The translations under genes and the position numbers were made by a program. A stretch of DNA of 64,000 bases. Origin: Raillietiella orientalis (taxonomy: Eukaryota). The notes beneath the pieces were generated by a model. That model had not been told where the DNA came from and did not search any database. It worked only from the letters and a program-made list of their open reading frames with translations. This document shows, piece by piece, positions 1 to 12,269 of the stretch (position 1 is its first letter; each line of letters opens with the position of its first letter). Location: NCBI GenBank assembly GCA_036172245.1, contig JAYWIR010000018.1:868001-932000 (forward strand), in the 5' to 3' direction.

Positions 1-149
1 TCCTGTGTGTCCTGGAAAGGAAGGGGGGGGGGAAGAGTCAGTCCCGCCGTAGGTGCCAGAAATGGGAAGGGACGCCGCCATACATCTGAAATCATTGCGT
101 GTGGTACTTGCATCCCCGTTCCAGGTGCCACGACGCATTAGTAAGCATG

Positions 150-1560
150 AAATCAAGAGTTGCCCGGCACGCAGCCACCGTCGCAGGAGCTGACCTCGTC
201 CTGAGAAAAGGAAATTGCGTCATCACAGTGGACGCTTGATGCGTATTCGAAAGTTCGAGAAGCCTCACGGAAGAAAAAAAGGGAAAGCGTTGGAACCGCG
301 GATGCTTCCTTTCACTCGCAGCAGGAGCCCGAGTGCCGACTCGCTCGATCGTCGCTGGGTCATCGGTCGGTCATTAGGATTCCAAGACGACTCCTTGGAA
401 GAGCTGGAAGTTTCAGAACGGTCCATGAGGACCGGCTCTTTTTGCCGAGGGATCGCGTGGAACGAAGGGGTCCGAGATCGTCACAATCTTCACCGTCTTC
501 GTATCGCATTCTCATGAAGTCGCCGTTTCATTTCCAAGAATCCTCCGTCCACGTTCGCATCAGCTGACATCACTTCGGGGACTCTAGTGGTTCTGACGAT
601 TCCTTCCTCAAAGGAGGTTCCAATCTATAAATCCAATATATATCGCATACTGGATACTCGTGACAAGCCATAAGACGCCCGGTTTTTGTCAAGGAGTAGC
701 CGAGAGATCGTTAGTTCCATCATCGCTTCTTCATGCTGGGGAACACAATAGCCTAAAGAGCCCACTATTAGGGTGCTGAAGGTCACTTGAGAATCCATAA
801 TCGACACATGATCCTGAAACCGTCTCGTCTTTCTTGGTCCATCTGGAAGAGCCGGCAACTCCGCAGTGCAGACGGTCGCTACAGGCTGAACACCTACCGA
901 CTGGAGAATACCCGTCCCACCGCATCTCCGAAACTCCTCCTCTTCTCGAGACCGGCGTCGAGGAGCTTCTACCTTCTGCGGCAAGGGCGGGGCTGCGGTC
1001 GCCACCGACAGGAGGGGCAAATTCGCTCTCGGAGCTGCTGAGGCAAGTCCAGCCGGATGAGCAGCGACGTCGAGCGCACGTGGACCCCGGACAGGCGGCT
1101 TCCGGTCGCACAGAGGACATTCGTCGACATTCCAGCAGGCAGAGAGCTGAATCGCCGCGAGAGGCGCTACGTGGGACCAGGATGGGAGGAGGGAATCATC
1201 TCCAGCCTGCGTGTATCCAGCCTCCGATGCCAGGAGACGTGTCTCTCTCTTGTAGCGGGACTCCCTGACTGAAGTCGCGCCACGTTCTGTACTAGGCGTC
1301 ACCGTTCTCCGGGACGTTCCCCACTCATTGCCTGCGGAGCATCCTCCACGTACCTGCGCAGCGGGGATACATCGTGTGAGGTTTCTTGAGAGCTGCACCC
1401 CCCCTCCAGCAGTGACGCGGACAGGACCTGTAAGAGGAACGCGGTGCAAGAGTCCCTCGACCACATCTCCAGCACCTCTCTCAAGCAACACAAACCGGCA
1501 GACACCGGCCAGAGAGCCGGCATCCAGGATCCAGGAAGACGCCCGAGAACACTGGAGTTG
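150..1560 (+). mobile_element. Decayed L1/Tx1-like non-LTR retrotransposon ORF2 (RT to zinc finger)
   Basis: Degenerate motifs in the expected order across shifting frames: RSLGF (~370), NEGVRDRH (GVRQG-like, ~465), FASADIT (YADD-like, ~555), IRVLKV (YLG-like, ~770), LRSADGRYRLNTY (LS..GR..L.N, ~860), QESLDHI (zinc-finger E..H, ~1450). Confidence 0.5.
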
Positions 1561-2779
1561 ATGTTTCCAAACCAGCCCGTTCGTGAAGGGGTGAGGAGGA
1601 CTCCGAGCTTTCGTGTCCCTTTCCCTTCCTCGCCACCCTGTCAGCTTCCTTCAGAAGAGTCCAGACGGAAAAAGGAAGGCAGGACAGAGGTAGGGGAGAA
1701 TGGGTCTCTTCCTCGGCTCCCCTCCAGAGAAAGGAGCACGCTTGCATCGGTGCGGGCGATCGTTGTCGGGGACTCGCCGAGATCGTGTGGCTGGCTGAGA
1801 CGCCGACGCAACGCAGAAACTGGAAGGGGAGGGGATCGCTGGCAGGCGGAAGCAACGAGTGCGTAGGGAGAGGGAACTGGGGTGCTGACTCACTTTCGCG
1901 ATGCGTGCTGGAGGCATCCCTTGAATCACCGGCAGCAACGAAGCAGCCGTCGGGAGAAGCGCAGGACGGGACGGTCAGAAATCAATTGAGGAAGAGGAGT
2001 TGCTTCCCTCCCCCCCCCATCCGTCGCATCCCCCTCCCCGTGTCCTCCTCTGATGCGGAGGTGAGTGGGAATCTGCAGCTACGGAGAACCGCACGGCGTG
2101 GAGAATCCGTCGAGTGCAGGGAGGATGGCGGCACCGCGAGGCGTGGAAGAATCCGTCGGACATCTCTTCCCTCTCCTCCGGACCACGCGGACCTTCCCCA
2201 GAATTCGGAGTCTGGGGAATCTCGGGAGCCTCGTTGTCACTTAAATCCACTACGCAGCAGCCATCTTCTTCGCAACGACAGGCGGTCGCAGGTAGGACGC
2301 TTCCCGAGGGTCAACCCTCGGGAAGCGTCGCGTTTCGGTTGCCAGGAAAGCAGGGAAGTTCGGAGAGGAAGAGCCCGCCCTGTCAAGCCTCTCGCAGGGA
2401 CCGAAGGCGACGGAAAAAAATGCTGCCAGGCAACAGCATGACGTCGTTAATCCAGCTCCTGAGATGCTTCTCCAGCCCCTTCTCGTTTCTCGCTGCCGTT
2501 CCCGCCTCCGCAGCGGCGCCCATTGCCAGGTCTTCCGGGAAACTCGGCACGTTTCGCAGCAACCGAGAAAGGGCGCGCGGGAACGACTGACTTCCCCGCG
2601 CCGAGACAGGGTCACCGGGGTCTTCCCTCCCTCCCTCCCCATTCGATCCAGGGCGAGGATTGACTTCGGTCGCTCTCTGACGTGAAAGGAGTTTCATCCT
2701 CAGCTTCCGGCGTCCACATTAAGGGATGGGAGAGAAGAATGGAGAGGAGCAGGAGGGAGGCGCATAAGTCTCTTCCGTG

Positions 2780-5700
2780 TATTTCGGGATCGTCCGGGAA
2801 ATTTCCGGGGTGCAAGGGCGGGCTCGCTGCCTATTTCGTTTGCAGCCTTGACCTCCCTCCTCCCTACTGGGCGCGGTTCCAAGAGAAGAAGCGTCTTCTC
2901 CTCCCAATCCGAACCAACGAATCTCACCCGTCTCGGTCGACGATGGCGAGAGCCAGGGTGCTCCGGGGATCGTGGCCAAAGCTTCCCCTCCGGGTGGACC
3001 TGATGGTCTTGCATACCCACGGGGCGCTTCAGCTGTATGGGTCCAGATGTCTCCACGGAACAGGGGAGAAGGAGCTTAAGGTGCAGCCTGCCTGACCACC
3101 TTCCTTACCATGGGAAGGATGGCTTCTCGCCAAAGGGGTGATGGCTCTTCCAGGAGCGGTCCTCCTCAAAAAGAGCGCCTGCCCGCGAGCGAAACGCTCC
3201 CGGTGTTTTTCCGCGGCAGAGTTCCGCTTTCCAGCTGTTTCCTTGGAAACCTCAAACAACCTGCGGTCTTCATTGTCCTCTCCGCGAAGTTCCGGATTCT
3301 CACGGGTCCAGAAGAACCCCGGAAGTCCTTTCCCCTTTCGTGGGCATCTATCCCTCTGAATCTGAACGGGGAAAAGGCTCCATTGGGAGGTGAAGACTTC
3401 GGTGTAAGGAAAGTAGAAGGTTCTTTATGGGGTCGAGGAGGAGAGAGAGGAAACTGGGATTTGCAACGAACTGGCAAAAAGGGGGAAGGGGGGAGAAAAC
3501 GAGGGAGGAGACCTAGAGGATGGAGGAGATGCATTTCCGGCGCTTCCCGGATCAGTCTCAGCCGCTCCTGTGTTTAACAGAAGAGAGGGCGCGCTTCCCT
3601 TTGAGGGCGCTCCTGGAGCCCTAAGGTTCTGGAAAGGGGAGGCGGATGAGGAATCCCTGGGGAAGGAAAAGTTGTTGAGATTCCATGGAAACCTGAAATT
3701 CGAGGAAAATCCAATCGGGAGGGCTGCAGGAAATAGGAAATCTTTCTCAGAAAAAGAGAAAAAAACACGGGAGGAGGGGAGGTGCATCCGGCAGGGGTCA
3801 GAACGCTTCCCGGCGAAAGCGGAGGAGCTCCGGAGAGGAGGAGGAGCTCCATTCCACCCATTTTCGTGAGATTCGACGCCTATGCTTGAGGATAGCTCCT
3901 GGGAGGCTAGGCGGAGATGAACACGCCGAGATTCCTGGAGTCCTTTTTAGGGATGGGAAAGAAACGCAGCGCGTTACAGGGGACCAAGGCGCCTTTCGCA
4001 ATTCCGTCGTCCGCATCCCCTGCAGCTTGCAGCTGCTTCACTGAAGAGGGCAGCAATGAGGAAGAAGAAGGAAACCAAGAAATGATTTGGTCCTCCGTTG
4101 CTACGTCCGGGAACTCTAGCTGGCAAGTGCCCAGCAGAACGGGGGTCACATTGAAGCAGGCATCTCGAAGAAGCCGAGGAATGTTCCCCTGATGGGCTGG
4201 CCATTCAGAGGACCCGACGTCCCGGGAAGAGAACCCGGGGAAACTTCGCATCGGGGAGGGAGGGCAGCCGAAGGGTTGTTCGGTTCGCAGCGGCGGCACC
4301 AAGAGCGTTGGTGGGCAGGCGAGTCCCCGGAACGGTGAAGGCAACCCGGAGGCTGTCTCAGAGAGCTCAGCCCTGCAGCTCGTGGGGACGGAAGCTCCAT
4401 GGCGCTGGCGCCGATGGGGAAAGTCGCCTCCTGTCTGCGGTTAGCTTCAGAAAGTTATGGGCCCGGAGCCCGCCCCCAACCAAGGGAGCTCCACGCCATG
4501 CATCCGGAGGCATCCTAGGTCAGGGAACTTCCCCTATGGCGAAGGGCAGGTTATCCACGTGGAGTGGCTTGGCGCACCACACATACGAGCCGTGACCACC
4601 AGGAACGTCTCTGAAGCGCGCATCCGTCTGCAGTGCGTCTGCCTGCACGCATCCTCGACCGTAGCCATCAGTAGCCAAGATCTCCTTCCGGTCAGGCACG
4701 GTGAAATGGCAGCAAGGATCGAGAAAGCTCTTCGGAAATGATGAAATCTGGTGACCTGGAGCCAGCCGAGACACGGAGTGGTCTCTTTGCTTTGATCGGA
4801 ATTGGTGCTTCAGGGCAAGGGACGAGTCATCGTCATCATCGAGTCACCATCGTCATCGAAGCCTTCTGGGAGCTTTTGCAAAGGTGCTCCCAGAAGACTT
4901 CAGAGGAACCGTGGCAGAGAAGAGAAAGCAGAGACTTCTCGCCAAGGAAGTCCCAATGTCGGTTCGGGCAGGTACTGAATACTGTCTGAACTGGAAACTG
5001 AGAACAGCAGAGAGTCAGGTGGAATCCTTGGGGTAGGAGTTAAAGATAAATATGACGCTGATGATTATTTAAATTTTTGTTGAGTTTAAGTATGAAATTA
5101 TTAGTAAAAAAAATTTATTTTATAGTGATGCTCTTCGGGTAAGAAGCCCTCCGGTTTTCCATCGTCCTCGGAGACCCCGTTAGCTCACGGTGTTGCACGA
5201 CGTCCAGCCACCCGGTGACCGCGGCATATCAGGCAGAAATGACTTGGATGCTACCTCCTCCGCGTGGTCCCCAATTCCTTCATTCCTTGGTGTTTCTGTT
5301 GGTGGACTTGTGTATAGCAAAAGCCTGGTCCAGCCGTCTCCAAAAAGTGGAAATGGCTCTCGGTCCATTCCGGGACGGCAAGTTCTACTTGCCGGAACGG
5401 GCCGCGACGTGGAACGCGTTTGCAGCTTCCCTCCTCTGCCCCCTGCTTTTGGTTTGCCCCGCCCCTGCGGCTATTCAGAAGAGGATAGAGGACCTTCTCA
5501 GAAAAGCCCTGTGAGCACAGGGAGGTCCAGAGTCCGGTTAAAGGACCTTTGCGCTCCACGCAAGGATGGTGGACTGGGTTCCCTTACGCTGGAGAAGATG
5601 GAGCGTCAGCTCCCATTCCGAAAACTCGTACTGGCCTTCCAAGCTTTGGACTACGCCTTGGTGCGTTTCGGCCAGAATTCCCGCCAGCCGAGCAACCAGC

Positions 5701-6890
5701 TGCGAAGGACTGGCTTCGGTCGTCGTGGCCAACGAGAGAAATTTGAGTCATCTTGGCCCTCAACTGCGCCAACTGGTTGCATTGGTACAACGAAACCCCT
5801 GGATTTCCCTCCTCCCTACGATCTGGGCTACTTAGTTGCAACAGTCCGTTTTCGCATGGGGTAAAATCGAAGGCACGAGCGAGGGGGCAGAGTGCACCTG
5901 CCTACGAAACAGTGATACATTCATCAGTCGTTGAGGGAGATCCTGGTAACACCAGGAATCTGCTTTGGGCGTCGTTACCCCCCCAGCCCCGGTGCCGCCC
6001 TCCCTACGGGAAGCAAGGGACAGCAATCTTCCGGAAAGGAGGAAAGTGACGTACACTATGGAAAATAGAAGAAAAGATCTAAATGCGTGAACAACTCGGG
6101 AGCTGACAGATGCTGCCAACCGCAGTTTCCCTCTGAAGGGACTACTACTCTGGGGGAGCTACTACGAATTCCTCCGGAGGAGGTACAGTGGTCCCCAGCG
6201 TGTTGGGACAGTGCTATCTTCCTTTTGAAATGGTAGGAGTCGGCGACCCACTGTTGCATAGAGGCCTCCCGTGTAACACCCGCCGGAACCATTGGACCGG
6301 GGGAGTGTAAGTCCGAACTGCGGCAGGTGAGCAGAGAGTCCCTCCCGCACCTGCTCATGGAATGTGTTGCCCTCCGTCCCATGTGGGAACGCTTCACCGC
6401 GTCCATGAGCATCCCTGAGGACAACCCCAGAGACGTTTTAAAGCGCCTATTCTCGCGCGACGCCCTCACGCCGGCCGCATCCCTAGCAGCACTTTGCTGC
6501 CTACGCGGGATCGTGGCTGCATGGAGCAGCAACGTCAGAGGAGATAGGACCAGGACGACAAGGGTGCTGCCCTCTTCATGAGGACATCGTCAAGATGGTC
6601 TCATCTGGGAGCCTTGAAACAGGAACTGGCCGGCATCCTTACAAGGAGGCAGAGGACACTCTTTAGCACACAGTGATCCCTTGCGGAACCCCTCCATTTT
6701 TTGACTGTATGCTTTTTGTTTTTTTCCTCTTCCCCTGTGCTGCCGAGGCGAAACCTGCTGGCTTGCGTGCCAGTTCCCGGCAGGTTCCTTCCATATATCC
6801 GTGTAAGGTGGCAGGACCAAGCGTTCTGCCACTGTATGTTAATTTTTTATATAAATAAACGGCCCGGCTCAACCGGGTGTCAAACCAATT
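2780..6890 (+). mobile_element. Near-complete but decayed L1/Tx1-like non-LTR retrotransposon
   Basis: ORF1-like ALQLYG..RCF (~2950-3250); APE-like ALQGTK (~3970) and SDH-like (~4590); RT-entry ASGQG..AFWELL (~4810-4880); FLGVSVG..WSSRLQKV..RAATWN..RVRLKDLCAPRKDGGLG (5283-5580); zinc finger PNCGR..ESLPHLLMEC (6310-6365); T-rich structured 3' UTR ending AATAAA-CCCGG-N5-CCGGGTG (6854-6880). Frameshifts and internal deletions throughout. Confidence 0.7.
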
Positions 6891-8479
6891 TCTTGATGAC
6901 TCCCCCGTTGGCCGTCTCCCACGCCCCGAGGGGTCCCTTCGCTAGAGTACACGCCAAGGCGAGAAGTTCACGGTCAGACCCCAATGGCTTCCCTCGTCTC
7001 TCTTGCACGATCTTCAAGAACGAAGGAGGGTGTGGAGTCTCAGTTCCTCGTCCGTACCAAAGGAGACAGAGGGAGCTGGACCTAGATCCCAGCCTCGCTC
7101 AAAGGGAGCCAGAACGCTGCTGCTAGTCCAGGGCGGAGTCTGAAGCGAGAAGACCAGAGCGTGCTGTTCAGGCGCAGGGAAGAGGGGAAGGAACCCTTTC
7201 TTCCTCCAATACAGGTGTACCTTTGAACAATAGTGCAGGTGGGCCGGGGCGTTGCAAAGGTGAGGGGTCCCTTCGGGGAGTTAGGAACAGACAGAGAACT
7301 TCAGGGATTCCAAAGCGGACTCTCTGGAATGCGAAGAGGCTGGAAGTCGCTGCCAGGAAAGGAAGGGGAAGTGCTCCGGGTGGACCGGAAGTGGCCGGTA
7401 CGCTCCAACCAGGCCACAGGGAAGAAAGTTCCAAAGCCCTGAGCTCTTTGGCAGACGCGGGAAGAGGGAGGGGGCGTAGGGGTCCAGAAAACACACGACT
7501 GCTCGTGATTACCCCATTCGCCCTCCATCGACGGAGTGCTCTCCGCGTCGCGAATCAAGGATGCTCCTGTCGCTCGCATGCAGATGGTGCAGATGCATCT
7601 CTCGAAGGGTGGCATTTGAAAATCCGACCATCCTGGGCCGTCATAAGCCGAAAATGCGAAGACAGGAGCAAAAATAAATAAATAAGTGGGGGAAACGGAA
7701 GACCATATGAAACGAAATCAGATGTTCCACAAGTCGAGAGAGAGACATGATTCATTATGTAGATTACATGCTCGGTTGAGATCGCTATCTCGCCCAAGCG
7801 ACGCGGAGACGTTGCTGAACCGCCGCGGATCGCGCGCGGTCCCGTTATTCTGAGCCCACAGTTCAAGGGGCTCGTCTTCGACGTAACATCCGTACCTCCC
7901 CCCCCCCCCGTACCCTCTCCCTCGGCGACAGGGATGTGTGGGTACAGATCCCCGCATTCGAAAAACGCGGAACGCTCTCAGCACCTCTTGCGGCGCAGTT
8001 CCTCCTTAAGTCCCCGGATCCGAAGGTCTCCTAGGGACACACCAGCAGGCCACGAGGCTGCCGTGCAAAACGCAGGCAGAAACGTAACGTATGCTATCTT
8101 CCAATTGCGCTCGCTGCTCGCTGCTCGCTGAAGATGGACTGCCCGAGGAGAAACCCGTGGGCTCAGCAAACCCCCCGTGCTGCCATTCTGTCGCCCCTGC
8201 GGGATGGCCAGGAAAGCCACCAACCCTCAAGATGGGAAATAAGCTACGAGATCACAGGAATAAAAGAAGCAATGGGGATGCTGGACGACGCGTCAACTGG
8301 TTGATGCTCCCACCCAGCGATCACCCTCCCCAAAGGACTTCTCTGCTGGGCGGACCTCCTTGGAATTCCGCTGGAAGAAGCCCAGATCCCCCCCGCAGCG
8401 TTCTTTGGCAGCTCATGCCCCTGAATGGGCAGGACTCGGCTCCGCGACTGCTGAACGGGACCCTCCCATGCAGCTCGCG

Positions 8480-9140
8480 CCTCCACCGCTGGACCAGCTG
8501 AAGTGCCACCCCCTATTGTGCCAGGTGCGAGGAAAGGAAAACCCTGCCGCACCTGCTTCCGGAGTGCGTTGCTCTTTGGCTTTTCTGGACACGTTTGACC
8601 GCGTCCCTGAACTTCCTAGAAGGCCACCCGAGGACCTCGCTCAGACGCCCCTTCACGCGTGGCGGGAAGTCGCCTGCCGCGACGATTGCAGTTTTTGCGC
8701 TGCGCCTGAGGGAGTTCGGCGGCTGAACCACGCTGCGGTGACAACGTAGACTGGAGCAACAGAAAAGCCACTACCTCCTTCGTCTTCCCGTTCATAAGAA
8801 TCTCGGCGAGATAGTCTCATCTGAGGCACAACCAGAAGGAACTTTCCGTCATCCTTGAGAGGCTGCAGAGGCCACCAGGGAGCGACCTGTGATCCCTTCC
8901 TCCCTTACTCTTCCCCCTCCCTTAAACACTTTAGAATTCTTTTGTTTGATTTTTATTTATTTTTTGTTTCTTTCCCTTCTCCCTAATTTTCTTGCGCGGA
9001 CCACTTCCGGCGACTGCTCCGAGCACAGCACTCCTCCTGAACACGCGCAAGTGGTGGCCTTTTCGAAGATGTCGACCCATTGTTGAAACTAGTGTCCTTT
9101 CACAGGACACGTCCCGGCGTGACCGGGTGTGAAAACAAGA
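8480..9140 (+). mobile_element. 3' end of the same L1/Tx1-like family
   Basis: Zinc-finger region homologous to 6310-6680 and 13000-13300; C-terminal FIRISAR*SHL..ELSVILER; T-rich UTR; terminal CCCGG-cgtga-CCGGGTGTGAAAAC at 9113-9136. Confidence 0.65.
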
Positions 9141-9499
9141 CACAACGGCTCAGCAGAAGGGTCATGGGGGGATGCGCAGCAGGAGGGTTCTGGGCGCGAG
9201 CTCTCCTGGAGACGCCGTGGTTGCGGGTCATTGGTGGTGATAGCAGACACTCCAGAGAGGTCCTCGAGGAGAGTGTAAAAGAGGGTCGCGTGCAAGCAGC
9301 CTTCGAGCACGGCCCTGCCGATCCCAAGTCCTCGGAAAGACAGAAATGTCCAGGAGCCGTTCATGACGATCTAAGTGGTGTGCCTTTTTGACACGGCGAG
9401 TAGAGGGATGGTGTTGGCGCCTCAGGCAGTGTCGGCTGTGCCGCGCTCTGTCTGACTCCGCGTCCCGAAGCATCCACAGTGAGGTAGGGAGGGAATAGG

Positions 9500-10262
9500 T
9501 GGCCCGCCTCGTGTTTTCTCCTCCCTATGGTGAATCGGAGTGGAGCAGCCCGAGCAGGAGCGACGAATGTCCTGGACGGTCGGCCGAAAGGGCAACAGGG
9601 CAACCACGCCACCTTCCCTCCAAAGAACTCTTCCAAGGAGAGGAGCTGCTGAAATGTGGACGCCTACGGGCTTGGAGTTTCTCGGAGCGCGGGACCGGCC
9701 ACACGTTTGGACCACTCGGGCGCTTTGCCTCGAGAAGCGTCTCACGGCGCTGCTCTTCGTGCGTTTTCGTAGAGCACTTCTCGGTCGACGAGCGCCGGAA
9801 CGGATGACTCCGGGGCTCCCCGAGGCGGGATGCGGTCTCCAAAACGTCGAGTCGTGTTCGCTTGTGGACTGCATCCGGCAGTCTCTTTCGCCCCGAAGGG
9901 CACCCCCAGGGAGCTGTTTCGCTGGTCACCGAACTTGGCCACCTGTCTCCGAAACAGCAATGCCAAAGGAAGGAGGGGCGGGCAAGGTGGCTCCCTCTGC
10001 AGCGAGGAGAGGCGATAAGAACGCCGCTGCGGAAGATGCGACGTGACCACGGCTCATGATCTCATCTTTCTCTGTTCCTGACTTCTTTCCCAACCCCATT
10101 CTTGCCTGTAGTCCGCCTGAACGGGACACGGTAAAACCTCTCTTCCCGAGTTCTTATTTTTGCCTAGCATTTTCCTACTCTGAAGTTTCTTTGTTTGTTC
10201 ATAAATAAGAGCCATGGAGTCCATTTATAGAAAATAAATGGACATATCCCAGCTCACTGGAC
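9500..10262 (+). mobile_element. Diverged non-LTR 3' end remnant
   Basis: KCG../..HVW zinc-finger-like remnant ~9650-9710, pyrimidine-rich UTR, AATAAA then CCAG-ctca-CTGG variant of the terminal hairpin (10233-10260). Confidence 0.4.
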
Positions 10263-10879
10263 AGGATGTGCACTACACTGCAGCCGCCGTGTCACACGCT
10301 ACCGCGAAGCGGCTCCGAAGGCCGCACTGGAGCCCCGGGCGGAAGGGGCGGTTGGCTGCTCCCGGCCGAGGATGTCGAGTTCGCCAAGTGGCGCTGCTTC
10401 CTCCACCATGGGTCGCCCGCTCACTCTCGGAGCTCAGGACATGCGCCGAACCTCCAGCTCCAGCAGAGAGCTCCACCTGGCCGCGACTTTGAAGGTGGAT
10501 CGGGAGTCTACGTGGACTTCACGTCCCTCTCTCGCTCGGGCGCGCGAGACTAGGGAAGTCGCGCTCGGACACCCAAGCAGCGCACGGTGACGAGGATCTC
10601 CGTCCCTCACTATCTGTCAGGATAATCTGATTCCCAGGAAAGAGATGAGGCAAATACTGGGAATGCTCTCATGCATGCTTCCACGTCCGAGGACGTGAGG
10701 CAGGGGGATCATCGGAATGCTTTTCCCTCACCCACATAGTCGGAATGCGCATAACAGAGGATCCTCCTCCTGCTGGAGACGGGGCACGTTGAGGCCAGCC
10801 ACCGTCTGTTCCTGCAGACCACTCGGATCCTGGTGCCGCCCACCAGTCGCTGCCAGCTGTCAAAGATGCCGATTCCGTG

Positions 10880-12153
10880 AAACTCCATCTTTACTTCTTT
10901 TTTTTACTTTCTGCCGGAGTGTTTGCCACCGTCTCCATCGAGATTTGCTCCGAGGATGCCTGCGGGCAAGCCCTTGGGCGCGTATGCCAGAACCCCCTTG
11001 CCACCCCCGCTTGCCGGAACCTGCTGCCGTCCCCTACGGAGGCGCAGCGACGGAAGGCAGCGACGGCCCTGTCGTGTTCCAACGGCACCCAGAGAGCGTA
11101 TGCGCGCGATCTCCAGGATCTCCAGGAACCATCTCTCCGGCAAGTGGGTCCTTGAGCCTAACGTCTCGCGGACCTTGGAGAGGACTCTGCTGTCCGTGGC
11201 AACCGCCAAGCACCTTGCGCGGTATCTGACGAGCGCTGCACTGGGCGCGTGGGCCACCCAACGCTTTAGGTTCTGCCCTTCACAATCGCCCTCTCGGGTG
11301 GTTCTGGTGAACCGCCCCGGTTTTAGCGTTGAGCAAGCCATAGCTCCTTACCCAGTTGGAGTAGGTCGAGCTCATGTCTGCTCGGAGGCCTCCAGTGATG
11401 GGCTTCACATGATGAGAACTATGACCTCCCGCCTCTTCCCGGACGAAACCAAGGGACTTCTAGAAGCACTCTGGCGCTTCGTTCCAGGGAAAAGCACACG
11501 AAGTCAGAGGAGCGAAGGGAACGTTCTCCGGAAGGATCTCCTCTGCATCGCCCACCCGTGTGGGATGAGCGATCAGTTATCTTCATCAGGAAGATGCTTT
11601 CCTCGCGGAAATCAGCGAAGTCTCGCTCTGTTGCGGTAGCATGGAGCGCTCCTTCCTGGGGGATACCCGTTCTCCCCGTCAGTAGCCCCGGCATGTTACC
11701 TTGAGCATCACCCGGATGTCTCTGCAGGGTGGCATCCTCCTGAGGCGCAGTTTCCACCCCTAGGGACGACGTTGACATCTCGGTTGACCATCCCAGATAA
11801 TGACCATCTCCTCCGATTTTAGGACAACTTCGGAGAATCTGCACCTGACTCAGAACAAACTGACGCAGGCGCACCGAGTCTTCGGTGGAAAGCTCTTCAG
11901 TGGCCTCGAGCAGAGACCAGCAAGTCCCAGTATCCTTTGCCTTTAGAGTGCCATCGACAAAAACGCGAGAAGTCACTTTCGTTGCTGGTATGCGGCGATT
12001 CCTTCTGACAGGGTTACCATGACAGTTGTGGACGAGCTTTTCGCTTGTAATCCCTATTTCCACAATTCCGACTGTCCCAATCTTTGGCACCTCGCGACTG
12101 AAGACAAGCGAACGAGCAAATGGTCCTCTTGGTGTCGCTGCGACCACTTTCAA
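10880..12153 (-). mobile_element. L1/Tx1-like ORF2 remnant (APE endonuclease plus internally deleted RT)
   Basis: ORF 11419-12153 starts MKVVAATPRG (APE N-terminal T.N.RG-like) and has LRQFVLSQ..IGGDG (GDFN-like); ORF 10904-11341 has REGD..NLKRW, GTRQGRRCL and VLAYA in RT order. Confidence 0.55.
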
Positions 12154-12269
12154 TCAAGTTGGCCGATCAGATAACACCTCGAGACCCTGGAGGCCCAGAG
12201 TCGGTGCACCTGTGGCACCCCCGAAAAAGACTCCTTGTGACCTGGCGGCCGTGTGGCTGCGGCCTCCGT

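Noticed and set aside
10877..11155. Apparent secreted cysteine-rich peptide (MKLHLYFFFLLSAGVFA...)
   Set aside because: Starts at GTG, the hydrophobic run comes from a T homopolymer, and the opposite strand carries ordered RT motifs; treated as an antisense shadow.
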